From the NCBI GenBank assembly GCA_963665275.2, contig CAXXIN010000018.1, positions 288,001 to 352,000 of the forward strand: a DNA stretch of 64,000 bases. Direction: 5' to 3'. Below, in pieces: positions 46,981 to 56,633 of the stretch. The stretch's first letter is position 1; every line of letters begins with the position of its first letter. This stretch comes from Negativicutes bacterium (GTDB lineage: Bacteria; Bacillota; Negativicutes; UBA1444). The translations under genes and the position numbers were made by a program. Below the pieces are notes generated by a model. The model was not told the origin of the DNA. It did not search any database and saw nothing but the letters and a program-made list of their open reading frames with translations.

Positions 46981-49413
46981 ATGCGCGCACCCGTAAAATG
47001 GCTCAAAGATTATGTGGCTTTTGATGAAGCTCCTGAAATTCTCGGAGAACGTCTGACAATGGCGGGAATACCGGTCGAAGGGATTGACCGGCCCTGCACG
47101 GGACTCAAAAATATAGTGACAGGTCTGATACGCAGTGTGGACCCCCATCCGAATGCGGACCGCCTTTCTGTCTGTGTGTTGGATTTGGGTGGGCGTCTTG
47201 TCAAGATTGTCACTGCCGCGACCAATGTCAGGGCAGGACAGGTGGTTCCGGTTGCGCTGGCTGGCGCGGTGCTGGCTGACGGCAAAGTGATCCAGCCCAC
47301 GGATTTTCGGGGCATTCCGTCAGACGGTATGCTGTGCAGCGCCGAAGAAATTGTTGGCGATACGAAAGTAATTGCGCCGGAGAAACGGGACGGCATTTAT
47401 ATATTGCCGCAAGATACCCCGCTGGGGCAGGATATTCGTCCGGTCATGGGACTGGATGATGTTACTCTGGAATTTGAGCTGACAGCCAACCGCGCCGATT
47501 GTTTTTCTGTGCTCGGAATTGCAAGGGAGATTGGTGTTTTGACAGGTAACAGGGCGAAGCGTCCGTTGTTGACCCTGCAGGAAAAAGGACTGGGAAAAGC
47601 CTCGGACATGGCTACTATTGAGATTCGGAACCCGGAGCTGTGCAAACGCTTCTGCGCCAGAATCCTGACGAATGTCCGGATCGGCGAATCTCCGTTGTGG
47701 ATGCAGCATCGTCTGCAAGCCGCTGGCATGCGTCCGATCAGTAACGTGGTAGATGTGACCAATTTTGTCATGCTGGAAATGGGATTGCCCATGCACGCCT
47801 ATGATTACAGTTTACTGGCCAAGCGCAGCATTGTGGTCAGAAGGGCGGCTGCTGGAGAAAAACTGACGACACTGGACGGGAACAAACGAGACCTGACGCC
47901 TGATATGCTGGTGATCGCGGATGCGATGCAACCTGTCGGAATTGCAGGGGTCATGGGCGGATTGGCGACTGAAGTTTCACCTTCAACGCGCACGGTGCTG
48001 CTTGAGGCGGCGGCTTTCTATGGACCCAGCATCCGCAGAACTTCAAGGGGGCTCGGTCTACGATCCGAAGCCTCCGGTCGTTTTGAACGGGGTGTCGATG
48101 TGGCGGCTATGCCGCTGGCTATTGATCGTGCCGCTCAATTACTGGAAGAAATGGGAGCCTGCGAGGTCGTTCCAGGGATCATCGATGTTTATCCTAGTGT
48201 AGTATTGCCGGCGCAGTTTAGTTTTACAGGCGCCTGGATCAACCGCTATCTTGGTTCTGATATTCCAGTATCGACGATGTTGGATATTTTGAGTAAACTT
48301 GAATTCTCTGTGCAGGCAGTAGAAGATTCGGTCAAGGTGACGGCTCCGACCTGGCGGCACGATGTAACGGGACCCGTCGATATTGCTGAAGAAGTAGCGC
48401 GAATTTACGGCTATGATAATATTCCTTCAACCAAACCGGTAGGCCCGCTTCATGCGGGGGGCGCAGCGACAGAACGTGGAGCCTTTGACAAAGTTCGCGA
48501 CCTGATGTCTGGATTCGGTTTTTATGAAACGCTGTCCTTCAGTTTTTCTCATCCTGATTTCTTTAATTATCTTCGATTGCCTGTGGATAGTTCGCTTCGT
48601 AATGCGATTCCCATCCTGAATCCGATCACGGATGAATTTCCGATCCTTCGGACCACCTTACTTGCTGGGCTCCTGGATACGGTTGCCCGCAATCTTGCCC
48701 GTAAAAATGAAGACCTCCAAATTTATGAAGTGGGTTCCACACATCATGCGAAGAGTTTGCCGCTGATGAGCCATCCGGACGAGGTGTATCGCGTGAGCGG
48801 CGCGATGGTTGGACGAAGGGAGGGTACAGAGTGGTGTCACTCCCGTGAAAGCGTCGATTTCTATGACGTAAAGGGGATTGTGGAGTCCTTGCTTACGGGG
48901 CTGGGGGTTTCAACCTGGCAGGTGGAGGTTGCTACGGCGCCTTGGTTGCATCCTGGGAAACAGGCTGACTTCATCGTGAACGGCGTTACCGTTGCTACAA
49001 CTGGAGCATTGCATCCCGGTGTTCAGGAAGCCTTCGGTCTTGTCAAACCTGTCTACGTTTTCACAATGAATCTGACCGAATTGAATGCTCTAGTTGCATC
49101 AGAATCTATAAGATATGCGCCGTTGCCCAAATATCCCAGCATCACCCGGGATATGGCGATTATCCTTCCATCTGATATACCTGCTGCCGATGTAATGGCG
49201 GAGGTTCGCTCTGCCGGCGGTATTCTGCTGGTGGAATCGCATCTGTTCGATGTATATACGGGGGACAGAGTTGAAAAAGGGACTCGAAGTCTGGCCATTT
49301 CATTATTGTTCAGATCTCCTGACCGAACTTTGACAGATGAAGAGGTCGAAGGGCCATTCCGGTCGTTGATTGGGCAGCTTGAGCAAAAATTCGGCGCCAA
49401 ACTTCGAAGTTAA
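46981..49413 (+). CDS. pheT: Phenylalanine--tRNA ligase beta subunit
   Basis: HPNADRL, GMLCS, NRAD, RFERGVD, EEVARIYGY, FDVY, C-terminal FDX-ACB. Confidence 0.98.
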   Translation: MRAPVKWLKDYVAFDEAPEILGERLTMAGIPVEGIDRPCTGLKNIVTGLIRSVDPHPNADRLSVCVLDLGGRLVKIVTAATNVRAGQVVPVALAGAVLADGKVIQPTDFRGIPSDGMLCSAEEIVGDTKVIAPEKRDGIYILPQDTPLGQDIRPVMGLDDVTLEFELTANRADCFSVLGIAREIGVLTGNRAKRPLLTLQEKGLGKASDMATIEIRNPELCKRFCARILTNVRIGESPLWMQHRLQAAGMRPISNVVDVTNFVMLEMGLPMHAYDYSLLAKRSIVVRRAAAGEKLTTLDGNKRDLTPDMLVIADAMQPVGIAGVMGGLATEVSPSTRTVLLEAAAFYGPSIRRTSRGLGLRSEASGRFERGVDVAAMPLAIDRAAQLLEEMGACEVVPGIIDVYPSVVLPAQFSFTGAWINRYLGSDIPVSTMLDILSKLEFSVQAVEDSVKVTAPTWRHDVTGPVDIAEEVARIYGYDNIPSTKPVGPLHAGGAATERGAFDKVRDLMSGFGFYETLSFSFSHPDFFNYLRLPVDSSLRNAIPILNPITDEFPILRTTLLAGLLDTVARNLARKNEDLQIYEVGSTHHAKSLPLMSHPDEVYRVSGAMVGRREGTEWCHSRESVDFYDVKGIVESLLTGLGVSTWQVEVATAPWLHPGKQADFIVNGVTVATTGALHPGVQEAFGLVKPVYVFTMNLTELNALVASESIRYAPLPKYPSITRDMAIILPSDIPAADVMAEVRSAGGILLVESHLFDVYTGDRVEKGTRSLAISLLFRSPDRTLTDEEVEGPFRSLIGQLEQKFGAKLRS

Positions 49414-49443
49414 GTACCCGATAAAACCTGGAGATTCTTTCTC

Positions 49444-49477
49444 GATGACCGGGAACAATCCCGGTCATCTTTTTTTC
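49444..49477 (+). terminator. Terminator after pheT
   Basis: GATGACCGGGA acaa TCCCGGTCATC TTTTTTT. Confidence 0.9.
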
Positions 49478-49562
49478 TGTAATGATGACGCAGGAATAAT
49501 ATGTGTAAAGAGCGAAAAACTAATAAGAATATATGAAAATCCAGCTTGCGCGGAGGGAAGAC

Positions 49563-49817
49563 ATGGAAAAACGACGATATCGAGTAACCATCACTGTGGG
49601 CGGTGAAAGCTATACGATTCGGGGCGATACGGAGCCGGAACGCGTTCAGAAGGTTGCAGCAATTTTGGATGAACGTCTGCGACAGACTGAACGAACTTAT
49701 CCCAGCCTTTCTCCAGCCAAAATTGCTGTTCTTACAGGATTGAACCTGACCGAAGAATTTCTTCGGCTGCAGGAAGATTATCAGCAACTGTTGGCGATGG
49801 TGAAACAAGTCAGATAA
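49563..49817 (+). CDS. zapA: Cell division protein ZapA
   Basis: VTITVGGESYTIRG...KIAVLTGLNL; conserved position after pheT. Confidence 0.9.
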   Translation: MEKRRYRVTITVGGESYTIRGDTEPERVQKVAAILDERLRQTERTYPSLSPAKIAVLTGLNLTEEFLRLQEDYQQLLAMVKQVR

Positions 49818-49836
49818 TAAGGTAAGGAATACGATT

Positions 49837-52344
49837 ATGATTGAATTATTGGCTCCGGCCGGCAATCGCGAGGCCTTCACAGCGGCGCTGGAATGTGGTG
49901 CAGACGCGATATACCTGGGAGGAGAACAGTTCGGGGCAAGGCAATACGCTCCCAATTTTTCTCGCGATGAACTCGCACAGACAATCCGTCAGGCTCACTT
50001 ATTTGGTGTGCGGGTTTATATTACGGTGAATACGTTGATTGATGATTCTGAGATGCCGGCATTGCGGGACTATCTACGGTATCTTTATGAAGTGGGCGCC
50101 GATGCAGCGATTCTGCAGGATGTGGGGGTAGCTCGGGTAGCACGTAAAGTGGCGCCCAAACTGCCGATTCATGCGAGTACGCAGATGACAGCCTACGATC
50201 TGCCGGCAGTGAATTTGCTGTCGGACTATGGCTTTAACCGAGTGATTCTGGCCCGTGAACTATCGCTATCTGAAATCGCCGGAATATGCCGCAAGGCAAG
50301 GTGTGAAATAGAAACCTTCATTCATGGCGCTTTGTGCATCTGTTATTCCGGACAGTGCCTGATGTCCAGCCTAATCGGGGGGAGAAGCGGGAACCGTGGT
50401 CGCTGTGCCCAACCGTGCCGGCTGCCGTATCATTTGACGGATGCCCAGGGGCACGATACACTAGCAGGACTCGGCATCGGAGAATATCTGCTGAGTCCGA
50501 AAGATTTCCAGACGATTGAGGTCATACCCGAATTTATCAAGGCCGGAGTGGCCAGCCTCAAAATAGAAGGACGGATGAAACGGCCCGAGTATGTGGCAGT
50601 TGTCGTGGATGCTTACCGTCGCGCCATCGACCGTTCGCAGGCGGACCCTGATCATTATGAAACACCGGCGGAAGATTTGCGGGAGATGGAGCAGATTTTC
50701 AACCGTGGTTTTACGAGCGCACACCTATTTGGCAAAAATTCGCGGGAGATGATGAGCGACCGCCGACCCAACAACCGGGGAGTTCTCATTGGCCGTGTTC
50801 TCCACTATCTGCCGCGGGAACGCGAGATGATTCTGAAGTTGGACGGACCGCTGGCTGTCGGTGATATTGTCGAGGCGTGGGTCAAAGTGGGCGGACGGGT
50901 CAATATGGAAGTTCGAAAATTGCTGGTGGATGGGGTGGCCGTCAGCGAGGCGGAAGCACCGCAGGAAGTGATTGTGGACTGTCAGGAACAGGTCCGCCCC
51001 GGCGACAGGGTATTCAAAACCTTTGATGCTCGCTTGACTGAAAAAGCCCGCTCTTGGTTTGGCAAGCCTTATGCTCGACGCCGCATACCGATCAGTATGA
51101 CGGTAGCGGCTGCAGTCGGTCAGCCGTTGCGAATCGAAATGAAGGATCGAAGTGGAAATGTGGGCGTCGCTGATACCTTGTATATCGGGCAGGCGGCCCG
51201 TAATCGACCGCTGACGCCAGAAAGCATTGAGAGCCAGTGTTCCCGTCTGGGGAATACCCCTTTTCGTATTGAATCCTTTTCTGCCCAGATAGATGGCGAA
51301 GTAATGGTGCCGGTATCTGAAATCAATGATGCACGGCGGCGCGCGGTCGAGCAATTGGAAGGCGCCCGTTTGTCCGGTTACAGCCGTTCACCGCTGCCAA
51401 CGGAAGTAGCACAGGACGGAGGCAAAACTGCGCGTTCTCGGATTACAGCTGCAATGGACGCAAGCGTTGGAACTCCGGCGTTGGTTGTCAAAGTCGATAC
51501 GCAGGAGCAAGCCCGTGCTGCTTTGTCTGGCGGCGCCGACTGGCTCATGCTCAGCGGTGAAAGGTTTCATGGCAGCCTGTTCGAACGGGATGATTATGAA
51601 ACAATCTTGTCTATGGTTCGCAATGCTGGGAAAAAGACGGTATTTTGCTTGCCCAGAATCGTGCGTGATCGCTGCGAAGCTGAAGTGGAACAACGGATTT
51701 CCTGGTTTGCAGAAATGGTTCCGGATGCTGTGGGCGTTGGAAACCTGGGAACATTATCAAGAGTGAAGGAAAAAGGCGGCTTGAGGATTCACGCCGACTA
51801 TCCGCTCAATTTGTTCAATTCTGAAGCGCTGGAGTTTGTCCGTGATCAGGGCGCAACCAGCGTCACCCTGTCGCCGGAACTGACGTTTCTGCAAGTGCAG
51901 AAGCTGGCTCAGTCAACGATCTTACCGTTGGAATGCCTGGTTCATGGACGGATTACTTTGATGATTTCGGAGTTTTGCGCTTTAGGGGCTTATCTGGGCG
52001 AGCAGGGTGGGAATGCCTGTTCTGGAGCCTGCCATCAGGGTGAGTTTCGTCTACAGGATCGAAAAGGTGAATTTTTCCCAGTCGTCAGCGACGAGGCCTG
52101 TCGGATGCATATTCTCAACGGGAAAGAACTTTCGATGCTGCCCCATGTGCCGCGCTTTGGCCAGGTCGGCATCGCCCGCCTTCGCATCGAAGCCTGTCAT
52201 ATGAAGCCAGAAGAAATCGTGAACATTGTTGGCGCCTATCGACGGGCCCTTGATGCCGGGCCGCAAGGGTTGCCGGCGGCAGACATCGAGGCTGTCGAGC
52301 ATGCCGACATTACCCGCGGACATTATTTCCGCGGAGTACTATGA
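49837..52344 (+). CDS. Long U32 peptidase-family RNA hydroxylation protein (DUF3656)
   Basis: ELLAPAG, HASTQ, HGALCICYSGQC, RSGNRGRCAQPCR, KIEGRMK, C-terminal TRGHYFRGV. Confidence 0.92.
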   Translation: MIELLAPAGNREAFTAALECGADAIYLGGEQFGARQYAPNFSRDELAQTIRQAHLFGVRVYITVNTLIDDSEMPALRDYLRYLYEVGADAAILQDVGVARVARKVAPKLPIHASTQMTAYDLPAVNLLSDYGFNRVILARELSLSEIAGICRKARCEIETFIHGALCICYSGQCLMSSLIGGRSGNRGRCAQPCRLPYHLTDAQGHDTLAGLGIGEYLLSPKDFQTIEVIPEFIKAGVASLKIEGRMKRPEYVAVVVDAYRRAIDRSQADPDHYETPAEDLREMEQIFNRGFTSAHLFGKNSREMMSDRRPNNRGVLIGRVLHYLPREREMILKLDGPLAVGDIVEAWVKVGGRVNMEVRKLLVDGVAVSEAEAPQEVIVDCQEQVRPGDRVFKTFDARLTEKARSWFGKPYARRRIPISMTVAAAVGQPLRIEMKDRSGNVGVADTLYIGQAARNRPLTPESIESQCSRLGNTPFRIESFSAQIDGEVMVPVSEINDARRRAVEQLEGARLSGYSRSPLPTEVAQDGGKTARSRITAAMDASVGTPALVVKVDTQEQARAALSGGADWLMLSGERFHGSLFERDDYETILSMVRNAGKKTVFCLPRIVRDRCEAEVEQRISWFAEMVPDAVGVGNLGTLSRVKEKGGLRIHADYPLNLFNSEALEFVRDQGATSVTLSPELTFLQVQKLAQSTILPLECLVHGRITLMISEFCALGAYLGEQGGNACSGACHQGEFRLQDRKGEFFPVVSDEACRMHILNGKELSMLPHVPRFGQVGIARLRIEACHMKPEEIVNIVGAYRRALDAGPQGLPAADIEAVEHADITRGHYFRGVL

Positions 52345-52367
52345 TTTATCATCTGGAGGAGGCCCGA

Positions 52368-54740
52368 ATGGATCCATCCGCTCTGAGAACCCTGGAATAC
52401 GCCAAGGTCGTCGCCCGTCTTGCTGAATATACTTCAACCCAGCGGGGGCGTGAACTCGCGGAGGCGTTGCAGCCGTCGTCTGACATCTCGAAAGTTATGG
52501 GAGATCTGGAGCTTACCGCTGATGCTGTTTCGGTTCTGCGGCAATCTCCGGCTGTTCCCTTTGGCGGAATTCGTGATCTGAGGCAAATATTGGGGCGGGC
52601 CCGTCTCGGCGGCGGCCTGTCCGGTGATGAACTCCTGGCGGTCGGGTCGACGTTGCGCGCGGCGCGCTTGATGAAAGGATTTTTTGCGGATCTGCCTGAT
52701 CCGGTAGGCGCTTTGCAGGGGTGGGCATCAGGACTGACTGTTCTTCGCACCACAGAAGTCGCCATTGAAAGAGCGATTGACGATAGCGGTTCGGTGAAAG
52801 ACGAAGCCAGCGATAAGCTTGGACAAGTCCGGCGTGAAATTCGCACGTTGCAGGGGCGCCTCAAAGATAAACTCGACTCCATTTTGCGTTCCAGCCAATA
52901 TCGGACTTACTTTCAAGACGCCTTGTATACGATGCGTGGCGACCGCTACGTCATACCCATCAAGCAAGAATACCGACATCAGTTTCCTGGTATCCTGCAC
53001 GATCAATCCGCCAGCGGTGCTACTGTTTACATCGAACCAATGGCTCTGGTGAACCTGAATAATGATCTAAAGGGACTGACTTCCACTGAACAGGTCGAGG
53101 TTGAAAAAATTCTGCTGTCGCTGTCTGTTCATGTTTCTGCACAGGCCGATGCCATCGAGGGCAATTGTGATATTCTGGCCCAGCTCGATTTTTTGTTTGC
53201 AAAAGCCCGAATGGGTTTGGATATGCGAGCTGTTAAACCGTTTTTTGTGGAGCCGGGACGGGTCAATTTGCGACAGGCGCGGCATCCTTTAATTTCACCA
53301 CTGACTGTCGTTCCGATCGATATTCGGATCGGCGGCGATTTTGATACGTTGTTAGTCACAGGGCCGAATACCGGCGGTAAAACAGTGGCGCTGAAAACGC
53401 TGGGACTCTTGACTCTGATGATGCAGTCCGGTTTATTTGTACCTGCGGCGCCTGAGTCGGAAATGACGCTGTTTGAAAATATCTTTGCCGATATCGGGGA
53501 TGAACAGAGCATTGAGCAATCTTTGAGTACATTCTCTGGCCACATGACGAATATTGTGCGTATTCTTGCCCACGTTACGCCACGGAGCCTGGTGCTGATC
53601 GACGAAATTGGCGCCGGAACGGATCCTGAAGAGGGCACTGCATTAGCTATGTCGATTCTAGAACATCTTCATGAGCAGGGAATCCGTACAGTAGCCACGA
53701 CTCACTACGGCGAGCTGAAAGCCTTTGCCTATACGCATGAAGGGGTTGAGAACGCATCCGTCGAGTTCGATCTGGAGACGCTAAGGCCTACATATCGTCT
53801 GTTGATCGGCGTAGCAGGCAGCAGCAACGCTTTTGCCATTTCGCAGCGACTCGGACTTTCGCCGGCAATCGTAGATAAAGCCAGAACTTTGACCGGTGGC
53901 GATCATCAAAAGTTCGAAACTGTTCTTTCAGTTATGGAAGAGCATAAAAAGGCCAGCGAAAGAGAGCGGGAAGAATCTTCCTCTTTGAAAATCGAAGCGA
54001 TGCGGCTCCGACAGATCATTGAAAAAGAAAAGCTCCTCTGGGAAAATAAAAAGCAGGAGATTCTGTCGAAGGCGCGTTCCGATGCAGATGAACTCATGAG
54101 GCAGACCCGCCTGGAGGCAGAAGAAGTCATTGCTGAGTTGAAAAAACAATTTTCCATGGCACAGCATGCTTCGCTGCAGGTCAGCATCGAAGGTGTTCGG
54201 AAACGAATCCGCGAGAAAATCAGCGAAGTTAATCCGCTATCAAGCGCCGCAGAACTGCAGGACTTTGCAACAGGTGAGAATGCGAAGCTGATCAGGGGCG
54301 CCGCCGTTTTCGTGGCAAACCTCGGGCAGCAGGGGACGGTACTTTCAGTAGACGGTGAATCGATTACCGTTCAACTGGGCGCTTTGAAGACAGTGGTGCC
54401 AGCATTTCAGTGCCGGGTTTTGAAACGAAGTGAGCAAAAAAATCGGGTCGGCAATGAGCGAACCAGTCGATCCACCGTGCAGGTTCAGCCAGAACCGGTT
54501 TCGCGCGAAATTGATATTCGCGGGCTGAACAATGAAGAAGCAGCCTATGTGCTGGATAAATATATTGATGATGCGTTACTGGCTGGTCTGGATTCGGTAT
54601 CAGTCATCCACGGCAAGGGAACCGGCGCCCTGCGCAAAGGGGTGCGAGCTTATTTAATGGCTCACCCACGGGTAAAAAGTGTGACGATCGGAGAAATCAA
54701 TCAAGGTGGCACGGGGGTTTCTGTCGCAAAATTATCATGA
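52368..54740 (+). CDS. mutS2: Endonuclease MutS2
   Basis: TGPNTGGKT, DIGDEQSIEQSLSTFS, DEIGAGTDP, Smr domain IHGKGTG. Confidence 0.97.
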   Translation: MDPSALRTLEYAKVVARLAEYTSTQRGRELAEALQPSSDISKVMGDLELTADAVSVLRQSPAVPFGGIRDLRQILGRARLGGGLSGDELLAVGSTLRAARLMKGFFADLPDPVGALQGWASGLTVLRTTEVAIERAIDDSGSVKDEASDKLGQVRREIRTLQGRLKDKLDSILRSSQYRTYFQDALYTMRGDRYVIPIKQEYRHQFPGILHDQSASGATVYIEPMALVNLNNDLKGLTSTEQVEVEKILLSLSVHVSAQADAIEGNCDILAQLDFLFAKARMGLDMRAVKPFFVEPGRVNLRQARHPLISPLTVVPIDIRIGGDFDTLLVTGPNTGGKTVALKTLGLLTLMMQSGLFVPAAPESEMTLFENIFADIGDEQSIEQSLSTFSGHMTNIVRILAHVTPRSLVLIDEIGAGTDPEEGTALAMSILEHLHEQGIRTVATTHYGELKAFAYTHEGVENASVEFDLETLRPTYRLLIGVAGSSNAFAISQRLGLSPAIVDKARTLTGGDHQKFETVLSVMEEHKKASEREREESSSLKIEAMRLRQIIEKEKLLWENKKQEILSKARSDADELMRQTRLEAEEVIAELKKQFSMAQHASLQVSIEGVRKRIREKISEVNPLSSAAELQDFATGENAKLIRGAAVFVANLGQQGTVLSVDGESITVQLGALKTVVPAFQCRVLKRSEQKNRVGNERTSRSTVQVQPEPVSREIDIRGLNNEEAAYVLDKYIDDALLAGLDSVSVIHGKGTGALRKGVRAYLMAHPRVKSVTIGEINQGGTGVSVAKLS

Positions 54741-54758
54741 GTAAAGGGGTGAGAAAAT

Positions 54759-55295
54759 ATGATTACAAAAAGTGCAGAAATGGAAGCGAGGGCACTGGAT
54801 GAAATCGTCGAACTGATGGCACTGGCGGCGAGGACGGCTCCCAAAGCGAAGGGAGTGGATAATCTGGTGGTGATTGCTGTGAGGGCAACTGCCAAAGATA
54901 AATTATCAACTGAGATGCATCGCATTTTTAAGGAAGATGGCGGGCTGCCAAATTTTGAACGCGATGCGGGTAATATTGAGAAAGCCGCCGTTGTATTGCT
55001 GCTGGGCCAGAGGGTGAAGCCTCTTGGACCCAGACCCTGTGGCTATTGCGGCTTCAAGGATTGCGAAGAGAATGTCAGAAACAATGGACTGTGCGCTATC
55101 AGCATCGGCGACCTCGGAATCGCGCTGGGTTCCGCAGTTAGTGTGGCGGCAGCACATCACGCAGACAACCGGATCATGTTTACCGCAGGTAGAGCTGCGC
55201 TGAACTTGAACTTATTCAATGATACACAGGTTAGGATCGCGTATGGGATTCCACTTTCGGTAACTGGGAAAAGCCCGTTTTTTGACCGCGGATAA
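54759..55295 (+). CDS. DUF2148 / ferredoxin domain-containing protein
   Basis: AARTAPKAKG.D, CGYCGFKDC, DLGIALGSA, DNRIM, KSPFFDR. Confidence 0.85.
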   Translation: MITKSAEMEARALDEIVELMALAARTAPKAKGVDNLVVIAVRATAKDKLSTEMHRIFKEDGGLPNFERDAGNIEKAAVVLLLGQRVKPLGPRPCGYCGFKDCEENVRNNGLCAISIGDLGIALGSAVSVAAAHHADNRIMFTAGRAALNLNLFNDTQVRIAYGIPLSVTGKSPFFDRG

Positions 55296-55319
55296 CTCGA
55301 AAATAAAATGAATAGCGAC

Positions 55320-55365
55320 ATAAAAAAATCGGTGCTGGCAGGAATTGCCGACACCGATTTTTTAT
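55320..55365. terminator. Bidirectional terminator between DUF2148 and nagZ
   Basis: ATAAAAAAATCGGTGCTGGCA..TGCCGACACCGATTTTTTAT. Confidence 0.8.
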
Positions 55366-55381
55366 ATCATAGGGGGCGTTA

Positions 55382-56569
55382 TCACTCCAGATACTGTTGG
55401 AGCAGAAGGCGGTGTTCATTGGAACCAACCGTGTCCAATGCATATTTCAGCCGAGCAGAAAAAGATTTCTTCCGATCCTGCGGCAGGCGCAGTTTCAGGG
55501 AAATGATACGGTTGACTGAAGCATTAAGTCGGCTGAGAGGGATTTCTCCGCTTTGTATTGCTGACAAAATCGATAGATAGGCCGTAGGCAAGTCCTCCGG
55601 CATCAAAATGATATCGACTCCCGCATTGAATGCAATTTTGGCTGTCTGACCAGGATCCTTTAAGCCGGTAATCGCTTTCATATTCATCGCGTCAGTAATG
55701 ATGATTCCGGAGTATTCCAGTTCATTTCGCAGAAGATCCGTGACGATGGGATGGGAGAGGCTGGCCGGCCAGTTTGGAGTGGGGTCCAATGAAGGATAGG
55801 ACACATGAGCCATCATGATCAAATCAACGTTTGCCCGCAGGGCAGCCCGGAAAGGCAATAGCTCAACTGTCTGGAGGCGGTCTTCCGACTGATTGACGAC
55901 CGGCAGCACAAGGTGTGAGTCGGAACTCGTATCTCCATGGCCGGGGAAGTGTTTGGCCGCCGCTGCAATGCCGGCTAGGCGCAGTCCGCGTATGTATGAA
56001 CTGCCGAGCCGGGCAACAGTGTAGGGATCCTGACTGAAGGAACGATTGCCGATGACGGGATTCTCTGCACACGTATCAACATCCAGAACCGGAGCGAAAT
56101 TGATATTGAAACCCAATGTCTGCAACTCTTGACCAACGAGACTGCCTATATTCTGCAGGGAAGCGTCGGGAAGTGCGCCCAACCTTCGGGCCTCTGGAAC
56201 AGCTACGGCGAAAGGCAGGCGAGAAACTCGCCCTCCTTCCTGGTCAATTGCGACGAAAACAGGGAGCTTTGCTGATTGACGAAGCTCTTCAGTCAGCTGC
56301 ATGGTTTGAAGAATCGTGGGCGTATGTCGTGAAAACAGTATGAATCCGCCAGGGTGATAGTTGCGGATTATCGATTCCAGATCTCCGTCAGCGGCGACGA
56401 TGAATAACTGCCCGATTTTTTCTTCCAAAGTCATGCGGGACAGAATTTTGTCTACCTTATCCTCCATTGGCGTCATCGGGCTGACCAGAGGATTAACGGC
56501 TGAGAAGGCGATCGGGAATTGGAGCATTGCAACAATGAATGCAAAGATCAATATAAATCGAATCGACAA
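55382..56569 (-). CDS. nagZ: Exported GH3 beta-N-acetylhexosaminidase
   Basis: DQEGGRV, KHFPGHGDTSSDSH (NagZ signature), ITDAM; signal peptide after RBS GGAGG (TTG 56569 or ATG 56584). Confidence 0.92.
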   Translation of the reverse strand: MSIRFILIFAFIVAMLQFPIAFSAVNPLVSPMTPMEDKVDKILSRMTLEEKIGQLFIVAADGDLESIIRNYHPGGFILFSRHTPTILQTMQLTEELRQSAKLPVFVAIDQEGGRVSRLPFAVAVPEARRLGALPDASLQNIGSLVGQELQTLGFNINFAPVLDVDTCAENPVIGNRSFSQDPYTVARLGSSYIRGLRLAGIAAAAKHFPGHGDTSSDSHLVLPVVNQSEDRLQTVELLPFRAALRANVDLIMMAHVSYPSLDPTPNWPASLSHPIVTDLLRNELEYSGIIITDAMNMKAITGLKDPGQTAKIAFNAGVDIILMPEDLPTAYLSILSAIQSGEIPLSRLNASVNRIISLKLRLPQDRKKSFSARLKYALDTVGSNEHRLLLQQYLE

Positions 56570-56592
56570 GCCATATCCCTCCATTACAAAGA

Positions 56593-56617
56593 TGCGGCGC
56601 CGTAGATAGGCGCCGCA
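56593..56617 (-). terminator. Hairpin between PBP1A and nagZ
   Basis: TGCGGCGCC gtagata GGCGCCGCA. Confidence 0.5.
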
Positions 56618-56633
56618 AAATAGGTAAGAATGA